NCBI RefSeq assembly: GCF_018350175.1
Contig: NC_058368.1
Span: 98,272,001 to 98,336,000, forward strand
From: Felis catus
Taxonomy: Eukaryota
Direction: 5' to 3'
DNA length: 64,000 nt
In this document: positions 25,371-36,210 of the stretch, piece by piece
Numbering within the stretch: the first letter of the stretch is position 1
How the letters are laid out: every line of letters begins with the position of its first letter
Program-made: the position numbers and the translations under genes
The notes under the pieces: generated by a model
Seen by the model: the letters and a program-made list of their open reading frames with translations, nothing else
The model's database searches: none
What the model was told of the DNA's origin: nothing

Positions 25371-27605
25371 AAATATATTTCTTCGCTATGTCACCATTTC
25401 TCACCTCATGTTTGTAGCTTTCTGCAAGATGCAGAGACTGGAATGTTTCTTCACAGGGTAATTTTGGAAGTGCACAGGAAGTACAGCCATTCCTGTGCCA
25501 CTGGAGAAAGAAATGTCAGGGGACAGCTGACTGACATAACAACGTCTTCCTTCTCTCCCACATTTCTTACAGGGCAAGTGCTAGGAAGGGAGGCTACCTG
25601 GGTTTCCAGTGATTCTAAAACAGGCAAAAGATGGAGGTACCAGCATTAACTGTTGGGATATCTCAGGAAGGCCCGCCCTCATGGGATTCCAAGGGAACAT
25701 TTGCAGGCACAGGGAAGAGATCCGCTCTGACCCCTGCAGAATCGTTTAATTAGGACACACGGAGGAATTGCCAACGTTGCTCTCAAAGACCATCCACTGT
25801 CAGTCACGCAAGAACTGCAGCAGGGGTGATGGGGCAGAGTAAGCCAGGAGATGACGTGACACTCATTTGCACGTGGCTGAGGGGTGATCTTGATAATGCC
25901 TTTTATATACAGATATCAGAGCTTTAACTATGTATTGCTTATCACAGACCACAGAAAATAGAGTCACACAAATTTTTAAACCAGTAAACTACACTTGTTA
26001 TAAGCAGCGTGATTTAAAAAGTTACTCTGCACAGATGACACAATTTCAAAGTTAAATAATTCCTTTTTTTTTTCTTCTGGATTTAACTTTGGAGTCTTAA
26101 CTTGGATGACTGAAAGCTATTTCCATTTAACTGAAGGGTGAAATTACATTGCTTTGAGTTCATAACAGAGCGATGGGTTCAAAAAATTCTTAATGTATTT
26201 AGATAAGCAAAAAACCTAGGAGATCAAACATTTATTTATTATTCAGTCTGTATGTGGGTTTTCAGTTCATATATTTATGGCTTTTAGGTTACAGAATCCT
26301 GAGTTGCTGTTCCAAGATAGAAATAAAAATGTACTGAGATCTGTGAACATCAGATCTTTTGATGTGTAAACAAACATTTGACTGGTAGTAGCTATGAGGG
26401 CTTAAGGCAAGAAATCAGTCTAGATAGAACCAGATTGATTCTAACTTTGATTGCTGTGAGTATTTCATAATATTATCTGTGTGGAATTTCATACTTTTGA
26501 TAATAGAATTTATATCTATCTACATCATAAAACTGACTACTTTCTCTCTGGGAGAGAATGTTCTGTGGACTATTTGCTTAATTGATATAGAGGGTGGATT
26601 TACATTTTCGTGGAAGTATCTCTGGCTATTTTGGGACAAGCTATAGAATACTTAAGTTTCGTGATCACATAAGTTTCTTTTTTCCAACCCCAGTTAATAA
26701 ACAGTATCTCACCCTAACATGAGGATTTAATGTTTTTAAAAATTTTTTAAATGTGGAATTTGTTTTAATTTTCACAACTTTGTGGGCTCAGCTTTATTCT
26801 GTACCTTTTACATCTGAGGAAAATGAAGTTCAAATTACTTATGAGACTGGTAGGACATCTTAAAATGGATTCACAAGGGTTCTTACTACTGGCGTTCAGT
26901 CTCTCAGACACACTGTTTGTGCCTCATATCTAAGGACTTTTGGGGAGTTTTCTGTCCCTGAACTGGTTCTTTGGTTTCTCCATGTGTGGAGGACTTTGCT
27001 TTCACATCCTAGTTGCTTCTGGTTGGACAAGACTAGAAAATACCTTCTTAGAGTGTCCTGGGAGACTCTCTGGTGCTTCCTGAGAGGTAAGAGTCATTAT
27101 CAGGTATAATTAACTTCAACATCTTTTTGAGGAGGTGGTTAAAATTGTGTTGGAAGGAAATGATTTCAGTTGATAACTTGGAGAAGGTTTTTCATTTCAG
27201 ATGGAGAAACAGCTGCCAGTGTTGAATTTTAGTTTTAAAGTACGCATCCGGATGAAATGGTGATTTAAATGTTAACTCGAATGAGCTTTGTTGTGAGATA
27301 GTACATATAAAATACTCTAAAGCAATCGCCATACTTTGGAGCCAGGGGTATAGCATTTGTCTCTAAATAATTAGATTTGTATCACAAACCTCTTGAATAA
27401 GACAACCTTGCTTAGGAAAGCTGATCATATAGTCTCAGTAAGTCCTGAGTTCTGGCCACTGTTGTTTATCTCTGAAGACTTGTACTTCTTAGAGCCCTTC
27501 TTCCCAAATGGGAAGTAGGAGACCAGCCCGCTGGAAATACGCAGTCATCAAGACTTTGATATCTCGATCTTGATCTGCTCTGCTGAGTCCTGGAAACTAA
27601 AAGTG

Positions 27606-27616
27606 GTGTGTGTGTT

Positions 27617-27657
<41 letters not shown>
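27606..27657 (+). repeat. Interrupted (TG)n microsatellite
   Basis: Dinucleotide tract with one interruption. Confidence 0.95.
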
Positions 27658-27660
<3 letters not shown>

Positions 27661-28974
27661 GTTCTAACCATTCAAATTCCCATTTAAAGATGTGAGGCTA
27701 TTTGAAGTGTGTATGCATTAAACTATTCATTTTTGAGTGTGTGAATCACATTATGGGGCAGAAAAGCCTCAGATTTAATGAATAAGATTCATGTCATTGT
27801 CCTTAGGGAGTAAAACCTCATTTGACCCTGGGCAGAGGCCCATGCTGACCAGGCACCATGACTGGCACCAAAGAGGGATTTCAGTTCTGACTCATAAATG
27901 TGAGCCAATTGTCCGGCCACTTAAGGCTCACTGGCAATGACACATTTTGTATGGGCTTCAGCCCCTTTGACATAGGACAGCATCCTCCTATATAATTTTT
28001 TAGAATAGAACAACCTGAGCTCTGTTCTCCCATGTGAAAATTAGAATCAACTAAGTTTTTTTAAAACTTCGTTCGATAACCTGTAGGAACACATAAAGAA
28101 GAAAAGCGTGAAAAGTGAGTTAGATCTAGTCATCTGCAAAGATGATTATGATATTATAAATAAAAATCATGGATCGCTTGTTGCAAAAATAAGATTTCTG
28201 TTCTCATGTCTTGTGTGAGATACAAGCAAACCAAACCTAACTCAGCTAAATATTTTGTTCAGAAATGAACTCACACATTTTTGTGGCCTTGTGTGGGAAG
28301 GTCTGATTCACAACAAGCTAACTTTTTCATAAAAGGTTCATAACTAAAGCAGCATGACTAAATCTTGGAAGTATGCTGAAGTCTCAGCTGTGGTGGTGAA
28401 ACTCAGTGGGGTTGGGTGTAGAAGAGAGGGAACCATTTATCTCTGAAATTATGTATCTATATCAAAGAGCAATGAAGAAATATTGTAGAAGTTCCTGTGA
28501 CTGTTCATTTCCTTGAGGGTGGCGATCTGAACTGACCTAAACTGTGTTTAGGTCCAATGCATGAAAACATTTTGTGTTTCCTAACTCTCACTGCTCTGTT
28601 GGGTTTTTCAGTAGCAGACTCCATCACCCACAGGTGACTGGAAAACTCTGCTTATGTGGGATGACAGAGGAAGGAGTGAAATGGAATCTTGACACGGTGT
28701 TGAGGAAAGAGCCTGCTATGCTTGGGCATTTCCTTTCCCTCAAGATAAAAATCAGCATATATAATGGAGTAAGGAAACCCTAGGTAGAGTATAATTCTTT
28801 CTTTCCCAGCTTCTCAGCTACAGCTAAAAATTGTTCTTGATTTGATTCTCAAAAGTTTGGTTCAATTCAAATAAGCCATGAAACATTTTATGCAAATGGA
28901 CAAGTTAATTTTCCATCATCTGGCAGGATCCACAGTTTTGTGTTTGCTTTTTTATTTGATGTATATATGTGTGT

Positions 28975-29110
28975 ACATATTTATTATTGAAGTGTAGTTG
29001 ACATATGATGTTCTATCAGTTTCAGGTATACAACTTAGTGATTTGATAATTCTCTACATTACTCAGTGCTCACCATGATGAGGGTAGTCACCATCTATTA
29101 TCATGTAATA
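28975..29110 (-). mobile_element. L1 (L1_Carn/L1MA9-like) 3'-end fragment
   Basis: ttattgaagtgtagttgacata...tcagtttcaggtatacaac...acattactcagtgctcaccatgat; near-identical to the segment at ~54850-54935. Confidence 0.75.
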
Positions 29111-29197
29111 TAAAGACTTGGTCTTTCTGTAAACTGTCCAGGGAAGAGTGTATGTTTATTTCTTGGGTTTAGCAGATGTAGAAGTATTTAAAGAACC

Positions 29198-29270
29198 CTC
29201 TGCTCTTCCCCTGCTCACTGTCTCTCTCTCTCTCTCTCAAAAAACAATGTTAAAAAAATCTATTAAAAAA
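29198..29270 (+). mobile_element. 5'-truncated SINE (CT tract and tail only)
   Basis: ctctgctcttcccctgctcactgtctctctctc...aaaa flanked by aaaga[a/g]cc. Confidence 0.7.
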
Positions 29271-29304
29271 AGAGCCTTGACAATTATTAATTAAAAAACA
29301 CGTA

Positions 29305-29495
29305 GGAGTGCCTCAGTGGCTCTTTCGGTTGGGTGTCCAACTCTTGGTGTTGGCTCATGTCATGATCTCATGGTCATGGGATCAAGCCCCACACTGGGCT
29401 CTGCACTGAGCATGGAGCCTTCTTTGGATTCTCTCTCTCTTCCTGTCTCTTCTCCTCCCCTACTTGCATGCGTGCACACGCTCTCTCTCTCTTTT
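29305..29495 (+). mobile_element. Can-SINE whose tail is interrupted by L1
   Basis: SINE head and body; the tail resumes after the L1 at ~31187. Confidence 0.88.
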
Positions 29496-29509
29496 AAAAT
29501 ATTTATTTT

Positions 29510-31173
29510 ATAAATATTGTAAAAATGTCAATACTACCCAAAGCTATCTACACATTCAGTGCAATCCCAATCAAAATCGCACCAGCATTCTTCTCGAAAC
29601 TAGAACAAACAATCCTAAAATTCATATGGAACCACAAAAGGCCCTGAATAGTGAAAGTAATTTTGAAGAAGACCAAAGCAGGAGGCATCACAATCCCAGA
29701 CTTTAGCCTCTACTACAAAGCTGTCATCATCAAGACAGCATGGTATTTGCACAAAAACAGACACATAGACCAATGGAATAGAATAGAAACCCCAGAACTA
29801 GACCCACAAATATATGGCCAACTAATCTTTGACAAAGCAGGAAAGAATATCCAGTGGAAAAAAGACAGTCTCTTTAACAAATGGTGCTGGGAGAACTGGA
29901 CAGCAACATGCAGAAGATTGAAACTAGACCACTTTCTCACACCATTCACAAAAATAAACTCAAAATGGATAAAGGACCTGAATGTGAGACAGGAAACCAT
30001 CAAAACCCTAGAAGAGAAAGCAGGAAAAGACCTCTCTGACCTCAGCCGTAGCAATTTCTTACTTGACACATCCCCAAAGGCAAGGGAATTAAAAGCAAAA
30101 GTGAATTACTGAGACCTTATGAAGATAAAAAGCTTCTGCACAGCAAAGGAAACAACCAACAAAACTAAAAGGCAACCGACGGAATGGGAAAAGATATTTG
30201 CAAATGACATATCGGGCAAAGGGCTAGTATCCAAAATCTACAAAGAGCTCACCAAACTCCACACCCGAAAAACAAATAACCCAGTGAAGAAATGGGCAGA
30301 AAACATGAATAGACATTTCTCTAAAGAAGACATCCGGATGGCCAACAGGCACATGAAAAGATGCTCAACGTCGCTCCTCATCAGGGAAATACAAATCCAA
30401 ACCACACTCAGATATCACCTCACGCCAGTCAGAGTGGCCAAAATGAACAAATCAGGAGACTATAGATGCTGGAGAGGATGTGGAGAAACGGGAGCCCTCT
30501 TGCACTGTTGGTGGGAATGCAAATTGGTGCAGCCACTCTGGAAAACAGTGTGGAGGTTCCTCAGAAAATTAAAAATAGACCCACCCTATGACCCAGCAAT
30601 AGCACTGCTAGGAATTTACCCAAGGGATACAGGGGTACTGATGCCTAGGGGCACTTGTACCCCAATGTTTATAGCAGCACTCTCAACAATAGCCAAATTA
30701 TGGAAAGAGCCGAAATGTCCATCAACTGATGAGTGGATAAAGAAATTGTGGTTTATATACACAATGGAGTACTACGTGGCAATGAGAAAGAATGAAATAT
30801 GGCCCTTTGTAGCAACGTGGATGGAACTGGAGAGTGTTATGCTAAGTGAAATAAGCCATACAGAAAAAGACAGATACCATATGGTTTCACTCTTATGTGG
30901 ATCCTGAGAAACTTAACAGAAACCCATGGGGGAGGGGAAGGAAAAAAAAAAGAGGTTAGAGTGGAAGAGAGCCAAAGCATAAGAGACTCTTAAAAACTGA
31001 GAACAAACTGAGGGTTGATGGGGGGTGGGAGGGAGGGGAGGGTGAGTGATGGGTATTGAGGAGGGCATCTCTTGGGATGAGCACTGGGTGTTGTATGGAA
31101 ACCAATTTGACAATAAACTTCATATATTGAAAAATAAAATAAAATAAAATAAAATAAAATAATAAAATAAAAT
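29510..31173 (+). mobile_element. 5'-truncated young felid L1 (L1_Fc-like), ORF2 C-terminal part plus 3' UTR and tail
   Basis: ORFs 29651-30112 and 30119-30907 encode the ORF2p C-terminus, including the CCHC motif (CWRGC...HCWWEC); TGG>TGA stop at 30110-30112; G-rich 3' UTR; (AAAAT)n tail; TSD aaaatatttattt at 29496-29508 and 31174-31186. Confidence 0.97.
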
Positions 31174-31195
31174 AAAATATTTATTTAAAAAAATG

Positions 31196-31570
31196 TATTC
31201 ATTCATTCAATCAGTATTTAAGTGTCTTTTATGTGATCGGCACTGAGGCTGACTCTAGTAAGTCAAGTTTCTACCTCCACAGAGATAGTGGAGAGGCAGA
31301 CATTAAACACACAGACACACACACACACACCATACAATGGCATATCGACAGATGCTAGAATGGAGACGTACTTAATGTGAGGTGAGTCTGCAGTAGACTA
31401 TTTAACCTAGTTCTGGAAGTCAGAGGAGGCTCATCTGTGGAAGGGGTCTTCAAGTTGCATGCTGAGGACAAGGTGGAATCATCCTGCAGCCAGGAGAGGA
31501 AAGCAGAGATACCAGCTGTGGAAGGACAAGTTGGGGGAGGGCACTTGGGAGGACTGCAGGATAGAATAGG
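31196..31570 (-). mobile_element. L2 3' end
   Basis: attcattcattcaatcagtatttaagtgtc...gtggagaggcagacattaaaca is the typical antisense L2 tail. Confidence 0.7.
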
Positions 31571-32629
31571 CTGTGGTTGTATTGAATTTATTTAGCATTT
31601 TAAAACTGTCTGGTTTGAGAGGAGTATACAGCAACTTCTGTGGATATCCTCAACATTGAAGAAAAAATAGAAACTATTGAGTTTTCAACCTTTTATCCCA
31701 ATGATATCATTTTATATTTCTTTATTTCAAGATTTTAAGTTCCTGGAATACCAGCTATACAGAATATATATATATATATATGTCGTCAGCTTATGTTTAC
31801 TACTCAGAAACAGCAGCACATCCAGGATAAATTATGTCCTCGAAAAGGCCTGAGTTAAATAAGTACAGGTTAGTTTCAATTTATACATATGTTTCCATAG
31901 TTTTAGTTATTCGTATCTTGTTATATACCATTTGAAAAGCAGAGTTATCAAGAGAAAGTTATAGTGATCTTTTAATGCATTCAAGTTTGAAATGTATAAT
32001 CACTGGAAAAGAAATTATTTGAAATTTTTAATACATGTCAGTCGTTACTGATTCATAGTGCTGCTAATAAGGAATGAGCCTGCCTATCACCAAAATATTT
32101 CAAATCTACCAAGCCTCAACATCTTTCAACAGTATTGTGTTAACTGCAAGATTCCAAAAAAGAATGAATGTACAAACAGATTGTGAATTCCTAGATGATG
32201 CATCTGTTGTTATAATGAGCCATGGCTTGGCTAACTTATTCTTGTATTAGAATATTTTTAAGAAGAGAGAGATGGAATTCTGTGCAATGTGGTAACTGTA
32301 TTAAAGTATTTCAAACTTTTCTCTGCCCATGTCTTGGTTTAAGTCTGGAGTCTGTGCATTGTTTCACTGAGTTTGGTTTGAGGAAGAACACATTTGGCCT
32401 CAAGAGACTTTTTAAGTCTTGCTGCTTTATAGTAGCCAAGCATTCATCTTTCTGATTAGATTTGACATCAGTGAGCCACTATTCCATGTATGCTTCAAAA
32501 TACAAAAGAAGACTTGTACAAGGAAATGTTTCTACTTTTTAAAAGGGTACTGAGAAGTTTTGAAATAAGCATGAACTTCTATCTATGCATAAGGCACTGA
32601 GTATGAGAATTTTTTTTTAAACCACTCTT

Positions 32630-32682
32630 TAAAAAAATTTTTTTTATTTATTTTAGGAAAGAGAGACTATAAGTGGAGGAGG

Positions 32683-32740
<58 letters not shown>

Positions 32741-32870
32741 ATTCCTAGCAGGCTCTGTGCTGCCAGTGCAGAACCTGACATGGGGCGCAAACTTATGACA
32801 CCATGAGATCGTGACCTGAGCCGAAACCAAGAGTCAGACGCTCAACCAACTGAGCCACCCAGGTGCCCCC
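32630..32870 (-). mobile_element. Can-SINE with long (GA)n tract
   Basis: Reverse SINE head aaccaactgagccacccaggtgcccc. Confidence 0.93.
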
Positions 32871-33687
32871 ATTAACAGGATTTTTAAATATATCCTTCTG
32901 TAATCTTTACTTGGGGCAGATGCATTGTTCATAAAACTCTATCATATGAAGTCTGGCGTAGCATGGTTATGATGGTGATGACTAAGCATTTATTGTTACT
33001 ATATGTTTCCTGTATGTTAAACAATGTTTGTGATGCTTCATGATCCTCAACTGCCTCATTATGTGTCCCGTTTCAGAGATAAGTCAGGAGGCCCAGGGCA
33101 TTAAAGTGATTGTAGAAGGTTGCATAGTACATCTGGAACGTTGGCTCCAGAGTCAATACCTTTAACTGTCCTTTTATAAATAAATGCATAACCACATTTC
33201 TCCAACTTATCCACTTAAACAATAATGTTGGTCACTTCACTAGTTTAACCCTTCATTGGCAGCTCATTTGGCCCGGGACACAGTTATGCTTATTAAAAAG
33301 AAATAAAAACATTTCATAATTAAGTCACACACCAGTATCATGTCTTATCAAATATAGCAGAATGATGGACAGCCTATAAATGCAGATTTCTGGGCCCATC
33401 CTGCACAACAGAACTGTGTAGCAGAGGGACAGGCCCTAGCATCTATCTAGCAGCATTTCAACACCCTTTTCTGGTTTTCTCCTTCATAAACACAGAGCCA
33501 TGCCACCCACATGCAAGGTGTAGTGACCTTGAATTTCAGCGACCATGCAGTGAAGACCTCAAGCATTTGTATTTGAGATTTCCAAAGCTCAGAATGCCTT
33601 TTTCTTTGTCTACATGTCTTCTTTAAAACCCCGTTCAGATGTGGGTCCCCTGAAAAAGCATTCTCTGACCTCTCCAGGCAGAGTGCA

Positions 33688-33688
33688 C

Positions 33689-33735
<47 letters not shown>

Positions 33736-33740
33736 TCTCT
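33688..33740 (+). repeat. (CT)n microsatellite, interrupted
   Basis: Dinucleotide tract. Confidence 0.9.
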
Positions 33741-34142
33741 ATTTTTTAACCTATCTCTGTTCTGTGTGCATGCATTATTAAACCTTCACTGTTATTTATT
33801 GACTTTTCTATCTCCCTTCCCAGAGAGACAATCTTGAAGGAAATTTGTCAGAGATAGATTTCTCTTGTAGTTCTTCCTGTGTCATCTTTCTCAGTCTCTA
33901 GTTTTGCCATCATCTGTACACGTTCTTTGCTGGTCCAAACTGGTTTCTATTGGTTCTGATTTGTCCCCAACAGACCGTACTGGACATTGCTTCTATCAGG
34001 TCTATATACCTGATAAGTATATACCTATATACCTGATAAGAATTTTTAATTCTTAGCTTTGTTTAATGTTCAGATTTAAACTAAATAGTAACAGCAAATT
34101 TGTAAATTCCTTAAAATTCTAAGATCCTCCCATGTCTTAAGT

Positions 34143-34283
34143 CAGTGCTTCTTAAACTGTCGGATGCCATGTGTGAAAGTTTTATTAAAAATGCATATTC
34201 TGGGACAGGGCCCAAGTCCTGCATTTCTCACAGGCTGCAGGTAGGGCCTATGCTGCTGGTCTGTTGGCTCTCTGAATACTAAG
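34143..34283. mobile_element. MER5A-like hAT-Charlie MITE
   Basis: cagtgcttcttaaact...ttattaaaaatgcatattctggg...ctgcatttctcacaggct...atgctgctggtctg. Confidence 0.65.
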
Positions 34284-34337
34284 GTAGCAATCACAGATAT
34301 GGTGATAACGGGGTAAATATTAAAGTGTACCCCATTT

Positions 34338-35266
34338 GGAGAAGCAGCAAGATGGCGGCTTAGGAGGATGCTGGGCTCACCGTGCGTCCTGCTGATCACT
34401 TAGATTCCACCTACACCTGCCTAAATAACCCAGAAAACCGCCAGAGGATTAGCAGAACGGAGTCGCCGGAGCCAAACGCAGACGAGAGGCCCACGGAAGA
34501 GGGTAGGAAGGGCGGCGAGGCGGTGCGCGCTCCACGGACTGGCGGGAGGGAGCCGGGGCGGAGGGGCGGCTCGCCGGCCAAGCAGAGCCCCCGAGTCTGG
34601 CTGGCAAAAGCGGAGGGGCCTGACGGACTGTGTTCCCACAACAAGCGCGACTTAGCGTCTGGGAGGTCATAAGTTAACAGCTCTGCTCGGAAAGCGGGAA
34701 GGCTGGAGGACAAAGGGAGGGAGAGCTGCTGAGCCCCCTGACGACAGAGCTCAGTTTGGTGGGGAACAAAGGCGCTTGCCAGCGCCATCTCCCCCGCCCA
34801 TCCCCCAGCCAAAATCCCAAAGAGAACCAGTTCCTGCCAGGGAACTTGCTCGCTCCGCGCAAACACCCAACTCTGTGCTTCTGCGGAGCCAAACCTCCGG
34901 CAGCGGATCTGACTCCCTCCCGCTGCCACAGGGCCCCTCCTGAAGAGGATCACCTAAGGAGAAGCGATCTAAGCCTGCCCCTCCTGCCCCCGTGCACCTT
35001 GCCTACCCACCCCAGCTAATACGCCAGATCCCCAGCATCACAAGCCTGGCAGTGTGCAAGTAGCCCAGACGGGCCACACCACCCCACAGTGAATCCCGCC
35101 CCTAGGAGAGGGGAAGAGAAGGCACACACCAGTCTGACTGTGGCCCCAGCGGTGGGCTGGGGGCAGACATCAGGTCGGACTGCGGCCCCGCCCACCAACT
35201 CCAGTTATACACCACAACACAGGGGAAGGGCCCTGCAGGTCCTCACCACGCCAGGGACTATCCAAA
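34338..35266 (+). promoter_or_regulatory. L1 5' UTR internal Pol II promoter / CpG island
   Basis: GC- and CpG-rich; YY1 motif caagatggcgg at 34348-34358, at the conserved position near the L1 5' end. Confidence 0.85.
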
Positions 35267-36160
35267 ATGACCAAGCGGAAGAATTCCCCTCAGAAGAATC
35301 TCCAGGAAATAACAACAGCTAATGAGCTGATCAAAAAGGATTTAAATAATATAACAGAAAGTGAATTTAGAATAATAGTCATAAAATTAATCGCTGGGCT
35401 TGAAAACAGTATACAGGACAGCAGAGAATCTCTTGCTACAGAGATCAAGGGACTAAGGAACAGTCACGAGGAGCTGAAAAACGCTTTAAACGAAATGCAT
35501 AACAAAATGGAAACCACCACAGCTTGGCTTGAAGAGGCAGAGGAGAGAATAGGTGAACTAGAGGATAAAGTTATGGAAAAAGAGGAAGCTGAGAAAAAGA
35601 GAGATAAAAAAATCCAGGAGTGTGAGGGGAAAATTAGAGAACTAAGTGATACACTAAAAAGAAATAATATACGCATAATTGGTATCCCAGAGGAGGAAGA
35701 GAGAGGGAAAGGTGCTGAAGGGGTACTTGAAGAAATCATAGCTGAGAACTTCCCTGAACTGGGGAAGGACAAAGGCATTGAAATCCAAGAGGCACAGAGA
35801 ACTCCCTTCAGACGTAACTTGAATCGATCTTCGGCACGACATATCATAGTGAAACTGGCAAAATACAAGGATAAAGAGAAAATTCTGAAAGCAGCAAGGG
35901 GTAAACGTGCCCTCACATATAAAGGGAGACCTATAAGACTCGTGACTGATCTCTCTTTTGAAACTTGGCAGGCCAGAAAGAATTGGCATGAGATTTTCAG
36001 GGTGCTAGACAGAAAAAATATGCAGCTGAGAATCCTTTACCCAGCAAGTCTGTCATTTAGAATAGAAGGAGAGATAAAGGTTTTCCCAAACAAACAAAAA
36101 CTGAAGGAATTTGTCACCACTAAACCAGCCCTACAAGAGATCCTAAGGGGGACCCTGTGA
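35267..36160 (+). CDS. L1 ORF1p (coiled coil, RRM, CTD), intact, 297 aa
   Basis: ATG-to-stop uninterrupted; heptad-rich N-terminus; RNNIRIIGIPE, RHIIVK, PIRL..DLS.ET.QAR and YPASLS motifs. Confidence 0.96.
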   Translation: MTKRKNSPQKNLQEITTANELIKKDLNNITESEFRIIVIKLIAGLENSIQDSRESLATEIKGLRNSHEELKNALNEMHNKMETTTAWLEEAEERIGELEDKVMEKEEAEKKRDKKIQECEGKIRELSDTLKRNNIRIIGIPEEEERGKGAEGVLEEIIAENFPELGKDKGIEIQEAQRTPFRRNLNRSSARHIIVKLAKYKDKEKILKAARGKRALTYKGRPIRLVTDLSFETWQARKNWHEIFRVLDRKNMQLRILYPASLSFRIEGEIKVFPNKQKLKEFVTTKPALQEILRGTL

Positions 36161-36210
36161 GACAAAGTCCCAGAGACATCATTACAAGCATAAAACATAC
36201 AGACATCACA

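Noticed and set aside
34411..34953. 180-aa antisense ORF in the L1 5' UTR (ORF0-like)
   Set aside because: It starts at GTG, not ATG; long stop-free frames are expected in GC-rich DNA; ORF0 is described for primate L1 and I see no similarity.
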